DNA from: Hemiscyllium ocellatum
Taxonomy: Eukaryota
Length of the DNA: 64,000 nucleotides
Assembly (NCBI RefSeq): GCF_020745735.1
Contig: NC_083435.1
Coordinates: forward strand, 36,171,090-36,235,089
Direction of reading: 5' to 3'
This document shows, piece by piece, positions 1 to 12,700 of the stretch (position 1 is the stretch's first letter; each line of letters starts with the position of its first letter). The notes below the pieces were generated by a model that saw only the letters and a program-made list of their open reading frames with translations, was not told the DNA's origin and did no database searches. Made by a program: the position numbers and the translations under genes.

Positions 1-7
1 GGTAAGT
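1..7 (+). other. Last base of gene A leader exon plus intron-1 splice donor (G|GTAAGT); leader exon lies just upstream of the window
   Basis: Bases 1-700 match the sequence following the leader exons of genes B (18882 on) and C (44795 on). Confidence 0.85.
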
Positions 8-730
8 ACATAATTCAGCTTTCCATTCTCTCTCTCTCTCTGTGTCTGGGGTGAATGTGAGTCTCTTGGGGAGAGTTTGAAATGGAGATGTTTGATCAGC
101 CCCCTGTTATACAGCCAGCCTGATCTTTTACACATTGAAGGCAGCACAGTCTGGGAGACTCTGATGGGATTTGTGTCCAGGTCTCCTGACAGCAGGATGT
201 AGAAACCCCGAGATCAGAGAAACTCCGAGAAAATGGGAAATGGTTCCAATGGAGAATTTTAATTTTCACATCGATTGGGAGAAGCCAAACAGCTTCATCA
301 TTCCTGGTCTAAAGTCTTGTAAATACTGCGGGGAGGGGAAGGAGACTCCATGTCTAACCCAGCCCAGGCTCAGCTGTGATGCCCTCATGGTTGAATAGGT
401 CGGGTTATCTCAGACACCAACATCCTACTGGCCGTGTATAAAGGGCTGATTAAAAAGCTCAGTGAAGGACAGTGGGGATCCTGTTCGGGATTGTCCATCC
501 CCCTGTTTGACAGAGAGACTGTTCACACAGTGACTGTCCCCTATGGTCTCACACTCCATCCTCCCAAATATTCCTGTTTCTCTTCATTTCAATCTGGATT
601 CACTCACCCCACACCTTTCCTGGTTATGGATAAACCTGCCCTCGGATTATCCTGAATTCCTCCCTCCAGATAGACCAAGGGCAGGAGAGTCTTCCCAATG
701 TCCTTTTTCAGTCTATCCTGGGACATTGCT

Positions 731-1160
731 CCAGGTTAGTGATAGACCGGGTTTGTCCCAGGCTGCTATCCAGGTTAGTGATAGACCGGGTTTGTCCCTG
801 GCTCCTGCTCCAGGTTAGTGATAGACCGGGTTTGTCCCAGGCTACTATCCAGGTTCGTGATAGACCGGGTTTGTCCCAGGCTACTATCCAGGTTAGTGAT
901 AGACCGGGTTTGTCCCTGGCTATTGCTCCAGGTTAGTGATAGACCGGGTTTGTCCCAGACTACTATCCAGGTTCGTGATAGACCGGGTTTGTCCCAGGCT
1001 ACTATCCAGGTTAGTGATAGACCGGGTTTGTCCCTGGCTATTGCTCCAGGTTAGTGATAGACCGGGTTTGTCCCAGACTACTATCCAGGTTAGTGATAGA
1101 CCGGGTTTGTCCCTGGCTACTGCTCCAGGTTCGTGATAGACTGTGTACCAGGTTACTGTT
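731..1160. repeat. 39/40-bp minisatellite (CCAGGTTAGTGATAGACCGGGTTTGTCCC...), about 11 units, 118-bp higher-order period
   Basis: Units start at 731, 770, 810, 849, 888, 928...; identical ORFs recur at 818 and 936. Confidence 0.95.
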
Positions 1161-1231
1161 GCAAATTAGTGATTAATCTGTTTAACATTCCTGTCCCAGC
1201 CTCTTCCCTGCGTCCACACTGACTCCATTAA

Positions 1232-1523
1232 GGTTAGATTAGATTCCCTAAAGTATGGAAACCGGCCCTTCGGCCCAACAAGTCCACACCGACCCTCCGA
1301 AGAGCAACCCACCCAGTCCTATTCCCCTACATCTGACACTACGGGCAATTTAGCATGGTCAATTCACCTCACCTGCACATATTTGGACTGTGGGAGGAAA
1401 CCGGAGCACCCAGAGGAAACCCACACAGACACAGGGAGAATGTGCAAACTCTGCACAGTCACCTGAGGCGGGAATTGAACCCGGTCCCTGGCACTGTGTA
1501 ACCACTGAACCACCGTGCCACCC
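1232..1523 (-). mobile_element. tRNA-derived SINE (HE1/V-SINE-like), specific to gene A intron 1
   Basis: Reverse complement of the GGCACGGTGG.TCAGTGGTTA...GGTTCAATTCC head; empty site in gene C intron (ccattgagtatctgag, about 52465). Confidence 0.85.
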
Positions 1524-1745
1524 CAAGTATCTGAGTGATCCTGATTCTGTGTTTACTCCCTGTTCTGAGAGGCTGCAGCAGCTAATTCTGTCCCAGTTGT
1601 GTCTGATTCGCTTTATGACATCAGACAGGACTCTGACAGTCTGATGAAGTGGTGGACTATGGGAGATAGTCACTGTGTAGATGGGTCCTTAGACAGATTG
1701 TAGTCCATGTAAATAGCTAGTAACCTGTCTCTTGTCCTTTTACAG

Positions 1746-2006
1746 ATGCTAACACATTTTCAGTGATCTTCACAGCAGTCTCTGGCATTTATGATATGCC
1801 TGAGGTTATTGGGATTGCAATGGTCAATGGAATCCAGATTGATTATTTTGACACCAAACTCAATCAGACCGTCCCTAAATTGCAGTTCATGGCAGACACT
1901 TTTGGTGTTGAATACTGGAAATATATCACAAGTCTCGTGAAGACACGATCAGACATTGCAAAGCAGGTTCTGGATACAATGATGAAAAGTACAAACCAGA
2001 CAACTG
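1746..2006 (+). CDS. MHC class I-like gene A, alpha1 exon (261 nt)
   Basis: tacag| acceptor, G|GTAAGT donor, phase 1; (D)ANTFSVIFTAVSGIYDMPEV...EYWKY...MMKSTNQTTG with the N86 sequon NQT. Confidence 0.92.
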
Positions 2007-2159
2007 GTAAGTTCAGTGTGTGATGAAGCAGACCAACCCCCGCTCCCCCCCCCCCGCCTCAAAACATATGAAGAAAATGGCCTGGACCCTAACTTCTCAT
2101 TTTTTGTTAAGGCAAGTGTAAGGCACTCTTTTCAGTTTTGGTTTGATTGGTCATCATCT

Positions 2160-3440
2160 TAGCTTTCAGCAAAACACATTTTATTCTTACAACATGAGGG
2201 ATTGATGAAGGCAGATTGGTGGATTGATCTATATGGACTTCAGTAAGGTTTTCAACTAGGGAGACTGGTTCGCAAGGGTAGATCTCATGAAATACCAGGA
2301 GAATCAGCCATTTGGATTCAGAACTGGCTTGAAGGTCGAAGACAGAGAGTAGTGATGGAGGGTTGGTTTTCAGACTAAAAGCCTGTGACCAGTGGAGTGT
2401 GCCACTAGGATCAGCGCTGGGTCCACTGCTTTCCATCATTTATATAAGTGATTTAGATGTGAACATAGGAGCTATTGTTAGTAAGTTTGCAGATCGCATC
2501 AAAATTGGAGATGTAGTGGACAGCAAAAAACATTACCTCAGAGTACAATGAGATCTTGAGCAGATGGACCAATGGGCTGTGGAGCGGTTAATGAAGTTGT
2601 TATGAAGATGCAGGTGTATTGTAACTTTAAGAGAGTTAAAAGCAACAGACCTACCTGACAGAACCAGTATTCTGAAAAAACTATGTAATGTAACATTTGG
2701 TCGAACAGCTTGATTAGCTGGTTGTCTGGAGACAAAAACAGATTCAAATTAGGCCAATCAGTTTAAATTATATCCCCCCCCCCAAAAAATACCTCCAATC
2801 CAGTTAGAACTTAGTATATTGACAATTTTAAAAACCAATGACACATGCCAATGCTTTGGGGATATAAATCTGGGGAAAGTGTAACAGTTGGGAGGAGAGC
2901 AGCCAAGCCACTAGCATGTAAAAAGGCTACCCAAAAAAGAACCGTCTCAAAGGTACCATTATCACTCAGTAACCTAGGAAGCAGAAGTCCTGAGAAGAAG
3001 AAAAGAAGACAGGAATACTGAGAAGAACCGAAAGCTGTTTGGGTTGGAGATAAGAAATTTTGTTTTGTAAACTTAATCAGGAGTTTTATCTGACTAGTAT
3101 TGTAGAAAGGGAAAGTAAAAGATAGGTTAGAGGAAGGAGTTGTAAATAGTTGTTAGTTAATTATTCTCTGTTATTCTTTAAGAAATAAAGTTGTTACTTT
3201 CACTTTAATTATTTCTTGGCCTATCAACTTTCACACATTGCTGCACAGGATAAATCTTTTCTGTGTTGCTGGGTTAAAATAAGCAGGAGGGTTTACCCAT
3301 GTCATTTTTTTTAGTTTAATTTAGATAAATGTGAGGTGCGGCACATTGGAAAGGCAAATCTTAGCAGGACTTATTCGCTTAATGGCAAGGTCCTAGGAGT
3401 GTTGCTGAACAAAGAGACCTTGGAGTGCAGGTTTATAGCT
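2160..3440 (+). mobile_element. CR1-type LINE RT fragment split by an LTR-like insertion
   Basis: GSALGPLLSIIYISDL...SKFAD motifs; continuity resumes at about 3312 (agtttaatttagataaatgtgagg). Confidence 0.8.
2598..3304 (+). mobile_element. Probable solo LTR
   Basis: TG...CA termini, internal TATA-like (gatataaat) and AATAAA, interrupts a CR1 fragment. Confidence 0.55.
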
Positions 3441-4400
3441 CCCTGACAGTGTGAGAGAGAGAGAGAGAGGGAAGATGTTGAATGCAATAGTGAAAGTGAG
3501 CCTTGGTGGGAAGTGGGTGCAGTGACAGCAATAGTGTATGTGAGGCAGCAGAGAACAGATGGTGGCCCTTACCCTGACAGAACAGAGAAGGTCAATGAGC
3601 TTCTTCCTCCATTTGCTGAGCCTTCCTCCAGGCAGCTGACACTGCACTGACCCAGCGGACAACCTCCCAGCAGGATGTCAGGGTGTAGTAAGTGCCTCTC
3701 TCTGCTGGTCCTGAGAGAAGAAGACACTCCTCCTCTACACCACCCTGTCCATCAGCACTCCCACTGCCCATCCACAAAGCGTGACGCAATATTCCTCTGC
3801 TGTCCCAAATATCCTAAAGTGTGCAGGACAGATCCAGACAGACAGTCCCTGCCCAGGTGAGCAACGTGTTCAATTCTTTGGAAGTTGGCAGCAGCTTCAG
3901 AGATGCCAGTCCATTCTGGGATACCCAGACAGTGGTGGGTTCTCAGTATTGTCACTGGTAGAATCAGATCACAATGGGTGTCAGGGGTATGTCTGGCAGG
4001 GCAGGCGATTATTGAGGAGGGTTTAGGATGTTAGAAGGTGGAGACCCATTGGGCCTCATAGATAGAAACTGTCCTTGAAACGTGATGAAATTGACCCTTC
4101 ACAAAATAAAAGCAGAATTCAACCCTGTGGCTGTAACCCACTCTTCAGCTCCAGTGCTGTACGGAAGGATGTCCCTGGATTTTGATCCTGTGATTGTGAA
4201 AGACTGGTGTTGAAGTTCACGTTCCAGTGGGATTGGAGAGGAACTGGCAGGTTTGCGGTGTACTCAAATATCTTCACACCTTCCCCTTTTAGGTAGAGTT
4301 CGCAGGTTTGGGAGTAGCTGCAATGAGGAGCCTTGGTGAGTTATTGGAGTGTATACCTGGTAGATAGCACACACTGCTGTCACTGTGCGTTGGTGCTGGT

Positions 4401-4432
<32 letters not shown>
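4401..4432. repeat. 32-nt poly(G) tract
   Basis: Direct. Confidence 0.9.
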
Positions 4433-4433
<1 letters not shown>

Positions 4434-4588
4434 GGGGAGGAAGGAGGAATGCTTAAGATGATGGATGGGCAGTTGATTTGTCTGGATTCTCTGAAGCCTC
4501 ATGTGTGTTGCTGGAGCTGAAACTATCCAGACAAGTGGAGCATGTTCCATCAGAATTGATTGTTGACCCTTTTTTTGGTCACTGGCAG

Positions 4589-4879
4589 GAATTCACATTT
4601 TTCAATGGATTAGGAGTGTGGAGGTGAATGAAGATGATAAAGTCAGCAGAGGTTCCACAAAGAGATCGATGCGTTTTGGATTTGATGGAAACGACTATAT
4701 CAGCTTTGAGCCAGACAGAATGAGATGGGTTGCTTCCAATGACAACGCAGTGAAGATAAAGGTAAAATGGGATTCTGATGAATCCTGGAACAAATTATGG
4801 AAAGAGCATCTGGAAGAAGTATGCGTTCAGTATTTAATGAGATATTTGCAAGCTGGAAAAAAATACTTCAAAAGGGAAG
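4589..4879 (+). CDS. MHC class I-like gene A, alpha2 exon (291 nt)
   Basis: ggcag| acceptor, G|GTATTT donor; GIHIFQW...FGFDGNDYISF...RW...KWDSD...VCVQYLMRYL. Confidence 0.92.
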
Positions 4880-4894
4880 GTATTTATTTCAGTT

Positions 4895-5750
4895 GTTATG
4901 ATCCACTGGGACAGTCTGCTGTAAATTGTTCTGTCCCTGGAGACATGCCAAATGGTAAAGTTTCTTTTGAAGGTTCACATAGTACCTCAACCTGCTTGAT
5001 GTTCAGCCCAAGTTTTATCCAAAACACAGACCAGGTTTCTGTACTAACCAAGAATGATTACTTACCATAAGTAATTAGACTATTGTTACAAGTAAACGGA
5101 AACATACCCGTGGTATATAACACTACTAACTAAAACTCTAGTCCCTTTATAAAGTCCCCCTTAAACATACAAAGATAAACAAATGGGGAAAATGGATCAT
5201 TGAAAGAGGAAAGTCAGTCCAATGGTCTCTGTTTTCTGACATCAATGTTGAAATCATCCTGTCAGTGAGCCAGACCACTTACTGTTCAGTTGTCTTTCTC
5301 ACTTCAAAACACACAGCCCACAGCAAATGCTGCAGGAAAAGGAACTGGTTTACTTCAAGTTTAAAAATCAGGTTCTTTTTACTGCATAGAACAGGTGGCT
5401 TCTACAAGGAAGAACTTCAGCACAGGTGTGTGTGTGTGTGTGTCTGTGTGTGTCTGTGTAAGTGTGTCTGTGTAAGTGTGTCTGTGTAAATGTGTCTGTG
5501 TAACTTGGTTGCAGTTCCAGCCTGCTCAGTTAACTAAGAATGAATCAGCTTAATTTAGAAATAGCTACTCAACTCCTGCACATTTCAGGAACACACAACC
5601 ATCAAAAACAGAGTTCAAAATAGGTATCAATTTCCTTGCTGGGAAATTATGCAGTCATCCTGGCAAGTCCCTGTTTACAAAAGCAGTCCTTCCTCCTCAT
5701 AGTCCACAGTTTTAAAGATACAAAGATATAAGCAACATAGACCTGACATG
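4895..5750. mobile_element. About 0.86-kb insertion in the gene A alpha2-alpha3 intron, absent from gene B (intron 116 nt)
   Basis: Flanks join directly in gene B (tttcagttttgatcc-catgttctgatc); TG..CA-like ends; contains a GT microsatellite (5426-5505). Confidence 0.6.
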
Positions 5751-5855
5751 GTTCTAATCCCATGTTCTGATCTAACCTCACTGATCTATGAAACCGTTCT
5801 CCCATTCCATTCAGTGTCTGTCTGTTGTTTGTGTTTTCCCCCTTTCCCATCTCAG

Positions 5856-6131
5856 TTCAGCCTGAAGTGTTCATCTCCAGGAGGGAGCCCAATGGTCAGG
5901 ACAAGCCACTCACTCTCTCCTGCCTGGTCACTGGGTTTGATCCTGCAGACATCGAGGTGACCTGGCTAAGGAATGGAGAGGTCATGTCTGAGACCCAATC
6001 CTCGGGGGTTCGACCGAACCACGATGGGACCCATCAGATCCAGAAAGAGATTGAGATCAATGCTGGGGATGAGGATCAATACTCCTGTCAAATTGAACAC
6101 AGCAGCCTGGCAGAGGGCAAGCTCTATCAGT
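5856..6131 (+). CDS. MHC class I-like gene A, alpha3 (Ig C1) exon; last 3 nt fall in the assembly gap
   Basis: ctcag| acceptor; LSCLVTGFDP...VTWLRNG...YSCQIEHSSL C1-set motifs; 86/92 aa identical to gene B alpha3. Confidence 0.93.
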
Positions 6132-6351
6132 NNNNNNNNNNNNNNNNNNNNNNNNNNNNNNNNNNNNNNNNNNNNNNNNNNNNNNNNNNNNNNNNNNNNN
6201 NNNNNNNNNNNNNNNNNNNNNNNNNNNNNNNNNNNNNNNNNNNNNNNNNNNNNNNNNNNNNNNNNNNNNNNNNNNNNNNNNNNNNNNNNNNNNNNNNNNN
6301 NNNNNNNNNNNNNNNNNNNNNNNNNNNNNNNNNNNNNNNNNNNNNNNNNNN
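6132..6351. other. Assembly gap, 220 N
   Basis: Run of N. Confidence 1.
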
Positions 6352-6724
6352 ATGAAACCATTTCTTGGACACTTTTCACTAACTACACCCCTCCAACCAT
6401 TCACTCACTCCTTCACCTCACCCAAGGCCGATCTACCCCACCAGCACTAGTAAGGACAGGACAAAGAGATATCGGGGAGAATGGGAACTGAACTGTCTGG
6501 GGAGGTAACCCCCAGGACAGGTACAACACGATGTTTATACCCCTATCAATGGGATCTTGGTGACTTCACTGGAGAGTGAAATCGGGAGAGGGTCAAACCA
6601 GCATTTCAACCAATCCCAACAATTCCCAACAGCTCGGAGCAGTTAAAATTGTTCCCAATCAATACAGAGCTAGAAATAAATCCAGGAACAGAGAGAATCC
6701 TGATATATTTCCAATGTGTTTCAG

Positions 6725-6844
6725 AAAATCTGAAAAGCAATTGGCTGCATTCCCATCTTGGAAGTCTCATTGCATCAATGGTCATTCTATTGGCTGTTAT
6801 TGTCGGGATAGTCAGAATAATTATCTGGAAAAGGTCACGGAGAG
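6725..6844 (+). CDS. Gene A connecting peptide/transmembrane exon (120 nt)
   Basis: tttcag| acceptor, G|GTAAGA donor; LGSLIASMVILLAVIVGIVRIIIW followed by KRSRR. Confidence 0.85.
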
Positions 6845-7290
6845 GTAAGAATCAGAGAGAGGGGAATGTGGAACTGAGAGGGACAGAGTGAGTGTGGGGG
6901 AATCTCCAGTACTGGGAATACAGGGCACTGTGAGGAGTGGAACTGATTGAATCCCCACACACAGATACACATGTATAAACACGTTTCGTTCACTGTCTGA
7001 TCATCCTTTGTGTGATCAGCCCAGACCAGGTCTAATATTGATCATTAAACCCACTTCACACAATCAGATCCTCACTGAGTGAATATTAATGGAATGGAAG
7101 GGGTTTTCTGCATCTGGTGGGGATGCAGGGGAGGGGAGTATGGGAATGAGGATTTCTGACACAATCTCTGTAAAACCTTCCTTACTGCCTTGTTTGTGTG
7201 CCATCACCTTGATAACTTTTGAACATTTGTTTACAGTCTCTGAGAATGGATTATTCCCCATCCTAATGGATGTTTATTTTGTTTCTGCAG

Positions 7291-7323
7291 GTTCACCAAG
7301 TGGGACCTACACAACAGCTCCCA
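7291..7323 (+). CDS. Gene A cytoplasmic exon 1 (33 nt, GSPSGTYTTAP)
   Basis: ctgcag| acceptor, A|GTAAGT donor; carries the class I cytoplasmic Tyr; paralogous exon at 37849. Confidence 0.85.
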
Positions 7324-7399
7324 GTAAGTGACTGAGGGGACAGAGTGTTGGGAATGATGGATAAGGTAATGGGAGGTGTAGATCAGATCACCTGCAGAA

Positions 7400-7672
7400 T
7401 GGAAACAGGCCTTTCAGCCCAACTCTCTGAAGAGTAACCCACCCAGACCCGTTCCCCTACCCTATATTTACCCCTGACTAACACACCTAACACCATGGGC
7501 AATGTAGCATGGCCAGTTCACCTTTGGATTGTGGAAAACTGGAGCACCCGGAGAAAACCCACACAGACACGGGGAGAATGTGCAAACTCCACACAGACAG
7601 ATACCCGAGGTGGGAATTGTACCCGGGTCCCTGGTGCTGTGAGACAACAGTGCTAACCACCGTGCTGCCCCT
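7400..7672 (-). mobile_element. HE1/V-SINE-like SINE
   Basis: Same body as 1232-1523; absent at the paralogous gene B position. Confidence 0.85.
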
Positions 7673-8007
7673 ATTGGAGTGTAGAGTTATATTTGCCAGG
7701 GTGTTGCTCAGGGTGACGGGTCTGTCTCCTCACAATGCTGTTTCTCAGCCAACACTCTCTTATCGTCCTGTTTCTCTACTCCATGTCCCCAGTGTCTCTC
7801 CTTTGAACTGTCACCCTCCATTCCCTTCCCCCACAGCCCCTCCCTCCACTCACTCACCCTTAATTCCCACTGGGGGGTGCTCGGAGAGTCTGGTTAGTTA
7901 ATGCTGAGGGCGATTAAATCCTGGGTCCAGTGAGTGATAGAGAATACCTCACACTGTCTGATTTTATATTTGATATAATTTCTCATGTTCTGTTTTTATT
8001 TTCTCAG

Positions 8008-8039
8008 CTTCTGAAGTCTCTGGTGCAGCTTCTTCATGA
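8008..8039 (+). CDS. Gene A cytoplasmic exon 2 (TSEVSGAASS*)
   Basis: ttctcag| acceptor, in-frame TGA 8037-8039; paralogous exon at 38378. Confidence 0.8.
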
Positions 8040-8127
8040 TTCATTAAGTGACATGGCAACTTTTCTCTGACTTAGGTTTATTTAGATTTAGATTCTCTAG
8101 ATTTATTTGTGACATTTTCACATCCGT

Positions 8128-8442
8128 CCTGACCCTGTCGCACCCTCCCAGACACTGTTAAACCCTGTCAGACTAATTCCCCTCCCCTCCCCACCCTGTC
8201 CAACCCTCCCAGACACTGTTAAACCCTGTCAGACTAATTCCCCTCCCCTCCTCATCCTGTCCCACCCTCCCAGTCACTGCTGAACCGTTTCAGACTAATT
8301 CCCCTCCCCTCCTGACCCTGTCCCATCCTCCCAGGCATTGATAAACCCTGTCAGACTAATTCCCCTCCCCTCCTGACCCTGTCCCACCCTCCCAGACACT
8401 GTTAAACCCTGTCAGACTAACTCCCCTCCCCTGCCCACCCTG
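8128..8442. repeat. 61-bp C-rich minisatellite, about 5 units, just after the gene A stop codon
   Basis: Unit CCCTCCTGACCCTGTCCCACCCTCCCAGACACTGTTAAACCCTGTCAGACTAATTCCCCTC. Confidence 0.95.
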
Positions 8443-10199
8443 AAGTGATTGCCTTGTGGGTTTCCTAGGCCCCACTACAGGACATTCCTGGAGCCTCATT
8501 GCGGAATAACAGGATTCTCCTGTTCCAGTGGGAACATGGACACCATTGTCTGTCCTTCCATATCACAGCAGACACACAGAATTACAGCTCATTGCTCACA
8601 CTCAATTCCTTCAGGACTGAGATCAATTTTTCAGGGAATGTGTTTACACACATTGAGCAGTGAATCCCAGATCCACAAGTTTGGATCCTGGTTCTTCAAG
8701 TGAGACCTTCTCAAGTCATGTTTCCATCCCGTCCCAGAAATGTGTGCAGTGTCACCATCAGAGGGATCTTCACGGATGGTTCCTCCCTCACACTTTCTCA
8801 TCCTCACTGTCTTCAGTGGGTCACTGATTGACCTGAAATGAAGCAACGTCCTGAGGGAACTCAGAGACAGTTTTTATATTGAAGGAAATTGGTTTTGTAT
8901 CTGACATTAACAAATTTCACATGTTATGTAAGCTCTGTACATCCATATCAGTTTTACAAATTCTAATTCTTAGATAAATATCTATATAAATACTCTAAAT
9001 CTGATTTATTGTTGAATACTAAAATCTGTCACAACTTATCACCATTGTTTAACTACAATCACCAATATGTGTCATTTGTAATCGCTAGAAGTTATTTATT
9101 GTCTTATTGATTTTGATGTTTTTATTAATGATTCCACAGGAATGATTATATTCATTTACACAGCAGCAGCTTGTGGCTCTTGGAATCAGCAGATGTTGAG
9201 CTTCAATTCACTGTGAACTGGGGGAGTTATGACCATCCAACTCCCCAACAAGCCTTCCCCAAACTAACCAGGGAGTACAAAGCGAGGTTTATTTCATAAG
9301 TGTGTTTCAGAGCTGGATGGTTGATAATGTCTGGGAGTGTTCATTCCCCGGGAGGAGGGGGGGGATGGGTGAGGGGGAGTGTGAAGAGAGGGCCAGGCAG
9401 CTGCTGAGAATCAGGAATACTTCACTGACTGGTGACCCAGCAGCTATTGGGGGGAGGAAAGGGCAGGCTCACCAGCTGAATGACCCACACAATCCTTGAG
9501 ACGTTATCAGGAGAGAATCGTAAAGTGGCCCCTGTCCTGTCCACTCTCCAGGAATGAGATTTCAGCTTCAAGTCTATCCTCCAATTGGACATGTTAATGA
9601 TTATACTGAGGTGATAACTCTTGACAAAAAGTCATTGCTCCTGATCAATCCTGTCAGAACCTTTTAAACGATGTCAGCTATGTTTTGGTACAATGTAATT
9701 CTTGTTTGAAAAATGATACAGTGCTTGAATAATGAGAATGTAAGAAATGGGAATAAGATGAAAATGGATTTTATTCCTGACTCTCTGTTCCCTCAGTCGC
9801 TTCCTGCAAGTCTGTGTCACACGTGTTCCATCTGCAGGAACAAAATTCCCGTCAGTTTGAATGATATTCGGTCACCAGGGACAGTCCAATCCTGGAATGA
9901 AACCTGGGTTCGAGGTGGAATATTTGGAGATGGGGTTCCCATGCAGGTTAGTCACTGAAACATATTCACATGAAGCTGCTGATGTTCTTTTACAAGGGAG
10001 TCTATGTTGACACAAGAAAGGAAAAGAAACAACCAAAGCTGTGTATTTTATATACAGTATATATCCGCAGTCAGAAAGATCTTTGTGCAAATAAGAAAAC
10101 GGGTTCAATCTGTTCCACAACACGGTTACAGATATTCACTAAAAGGTCAATTCTGTCAGTATTTATTTTACTGGCTCTCCCTAGTTCCTTATCCTTGGA

Positions 10200-12700
10200 A
10201 CGCTGAGACAGATTCATGACTCCTTCCCAAATCTGCTGGAATGAACCTTTCACAATTCGGATTGTTTCAATCTTTCCAGTTCCAACAATTGACTTTGATC
10301 CAAACCCTCCCGGTTGAGAAGTTCCAGAAACTGCAGCCCTCTGGCTCGGGTCTCTGGTTTTCCTGAATTGAACTAAAAATGTCATTTTCTTGCAAGGAGA
10401 AAACTGTTCTCACCCCTGAAATGAGACCTTTAACCTTCTGTCCTGAAGTTAAAACGAAACTATTGACCTTTCTCTCTTTTCCCGGTTTGGCATGAACTCA
10501 GCAGTGACAACTCTTAATTCATTCACACCCAAGGGATTCTGTTTGTTTGCTCGATGAGAATTGATGCACAACGATCACTGTTTTAAATGACTTTCTGACC
10601 TCTTTAATATGATCACCTTTACAAACTGACCAATATCCATCTGCCTCTATTGTAAAATCCAAATGATAATTCCGTACCTGTCAACACAATCAGGGAAAGT
10701 CCATTCCCAGAGAGTGGGAACACACAATTGTGAGGGAATGGAGATTGTGTCAGAACCTGATGGAGATTCTGGACATTGCTTCATTTGCATCGATATTCCC
10801 TGAGGATGTGAGTGTGTGTGATGGGTTTGATGACCAACATCAGACTTGTACTAAAGGATATAGCTGCTAGACTGGGTCTGCAGCAGGTGGTGCAGGCTTG
10901 TGCTCTATCCAAACCGTTCCAGTACAGTTACAACACTGGCATCTACCCACACAATCAGGAAAAATCCCAGGATATATTTCCTGTGACACCTCAGTTGTTG
11001 GGTTTTCAACTGGTTTTCCAAACACAGTAGGTATCACTCCCACCCGTAATCCAGCTGCCTCCTTTCCAAGGATAAACTGAATTTCCTGAACAGGGAATTT
11101 CTCTCATATTCCTATTGACCCTCCACCACTTTTCACCGGACTCTCCAACCTCATTCTGAATTTGGATGCAACATATTACCATCTCTTCTGTCAATACAGT
11201 AGTCTCCCCCGTACCCAGGGGGGATACGTTCCAGGACCTATCCGCGGAAGCTTGAAATGGCGGATAGGAGCGAGCCCATTCATTTACATGGGAAATGTAC
11301 CTTCCCGGCAGCCTCCTGGTCCCTGGTTCCGGAACATTCCCTTTCATATGTTCGGGCGGCAGTAACTGAAACCACAGAAAACAATTCCATGGATACTGGG
11401 GTCGCCCCTGTCTTCCTTTTGAATGACATATTCCCTCATTCCTCAGCATCAAAGATTGATGTTTCCTGTTTCCATGCGCTTCCTCCTGCACAGGAACGTT
11501 CCTTAAAGAGATCTGGCTCTTTCTTCTCAACCAACCCCTGACCAGGCTGTACATTCCTCCTGCAGCTTTTTAGCTTCTACTGTGATCAATCTCCTTTACT
11601 GCTTTAACAAACCCCACTGGCTTCTCCTGTTTTACCATATCCTTCTTCCCAGTGCTTTTCCTCAACCGCCAACATTGCAACTCATGTCTCCTTCCTTATG
11701 ACAGTGAAAATGTCTGAGTTTTTAAAATTTCTCTTCCCCTTTCTTGGTTTTCCTTTTTAATTTGTGGTAAACTGTCTTTATTGTCTTCAACCCTTTCCTT
11801 TACCACCTGAGGATAGCTCTCTGCCCAAATTCTGTCCCTCACAGATTGAAATAATCATCAGCCAATTCTGCTGCTAATCTCTGAGCTCTTCCATATGTGT
11901 TCACACTAAATCAGGGAATTAATTTTCAAATCCTCCAAAATAACAGTTCCCCCTAGAAGTGTCATATGTCTGATCTATTTTAATGCCCCTATTCACCTCT
12001 TAAAGTTACTTTGTTTGATTCTTTCAAACTCAAAGTAGCCTGATGAGGTACCTTCTTTAGATTTCAAAACATTAGCTGTTGACCTCTGGCACTAGTTCAT
12101 CTGCATATTTGGTTTTGTTTACCTTCTCATATTCCTCAGGTACCTCCTCTGATAGTGATTCAAACACTTCACCAGCTTTATCTACTACCTGTGTTTGCAT
12201 TAATAATGCCCTCGATGATCACTAGCCATTCCATTTGTTTAGAGCTGAAAATGTGTTGCTGGAAAAGCGCAGCAGGTCAGGCCAGCATCCAAAGAGCAGG
12301 AAAATCGAGGTTTCGGGCATGAGCCCTTCTTCCTGAAGAAGGGATCATGCCTGAAACATCGATTCTCCTTCTCCTTGGATGCTGCCTGACCTGCTGCGCT
12401 TTACCAGCAACACATTTTCAGCTCTGATCTCCAGCATCTGCAGCCCTCACTTTCTCCTCGCAGATTCCATTTGTTTAGCCACTTTCACAAATGAATTAAA
12501 AAGGGCTTCCACATAGTTCTTGCCAAACCTAGCCAAGGCTTGGACAGAGATAAACAGATCCCACCAGGCCTTTGGCTACACTGGGTTTACTGGCCATCAC
12601 TATTCCCATCACTAATCCCACCTTTCACCTCTACACCCACCATTTTAAATTGTCTTTCATTTTTCAGTACCAACTTCTGAAGTTCAAAATCTCTCTCTTT
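10200..12700 (-). mobile_element. Degenerate Gypsy (Gmr1-like, SCAN-type gag) LTR retrotransposon relic
   Basis: Minus-strand remnants EVFESLSEEV..EYEKV....ELVPE, ALKIDQTY...VILED, decayed zinc knuckle; many stops; boundaries approximate. Confidence 0.55.
12243..12463. mobile_element. Small palindromic non-autonomous element with hammerhead-like core and 15-bp TSD
   Basis: About 90-bp inverted arms centred at about 12332; TSD ATTCCATTTGTTTAG at 12228-12242 and 12464-12478. Confidence 0.8.

Noticed and set aside
171-655. ORFs MCPGLLTAG... and MYKGLIKK... recurring three times (171, 19061, 44964; 434, 19324, 52093)
   Set aside because: They start at non-ATG codons inside near-identical intron-1 copies; recurrence reflects duplication, not coding constraint
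731-1160. CRISPR-like array of about 29-bp repeats
   Set aside because: The intervening 10-11 bp are themselves repeated variants, not unique spacers; eukaryotic intron; no cas genes
4401-4432. Poly(G) tract as a functional element
   Set aside because: Absent from paralogous introns, inside a LINE fragment, and may be a sequencing artefact
11006-11554. 182-aa minus-strand ORF as a host gene
   Set aside because: Lies within a decayed Gypsy relic; no domain or splice support
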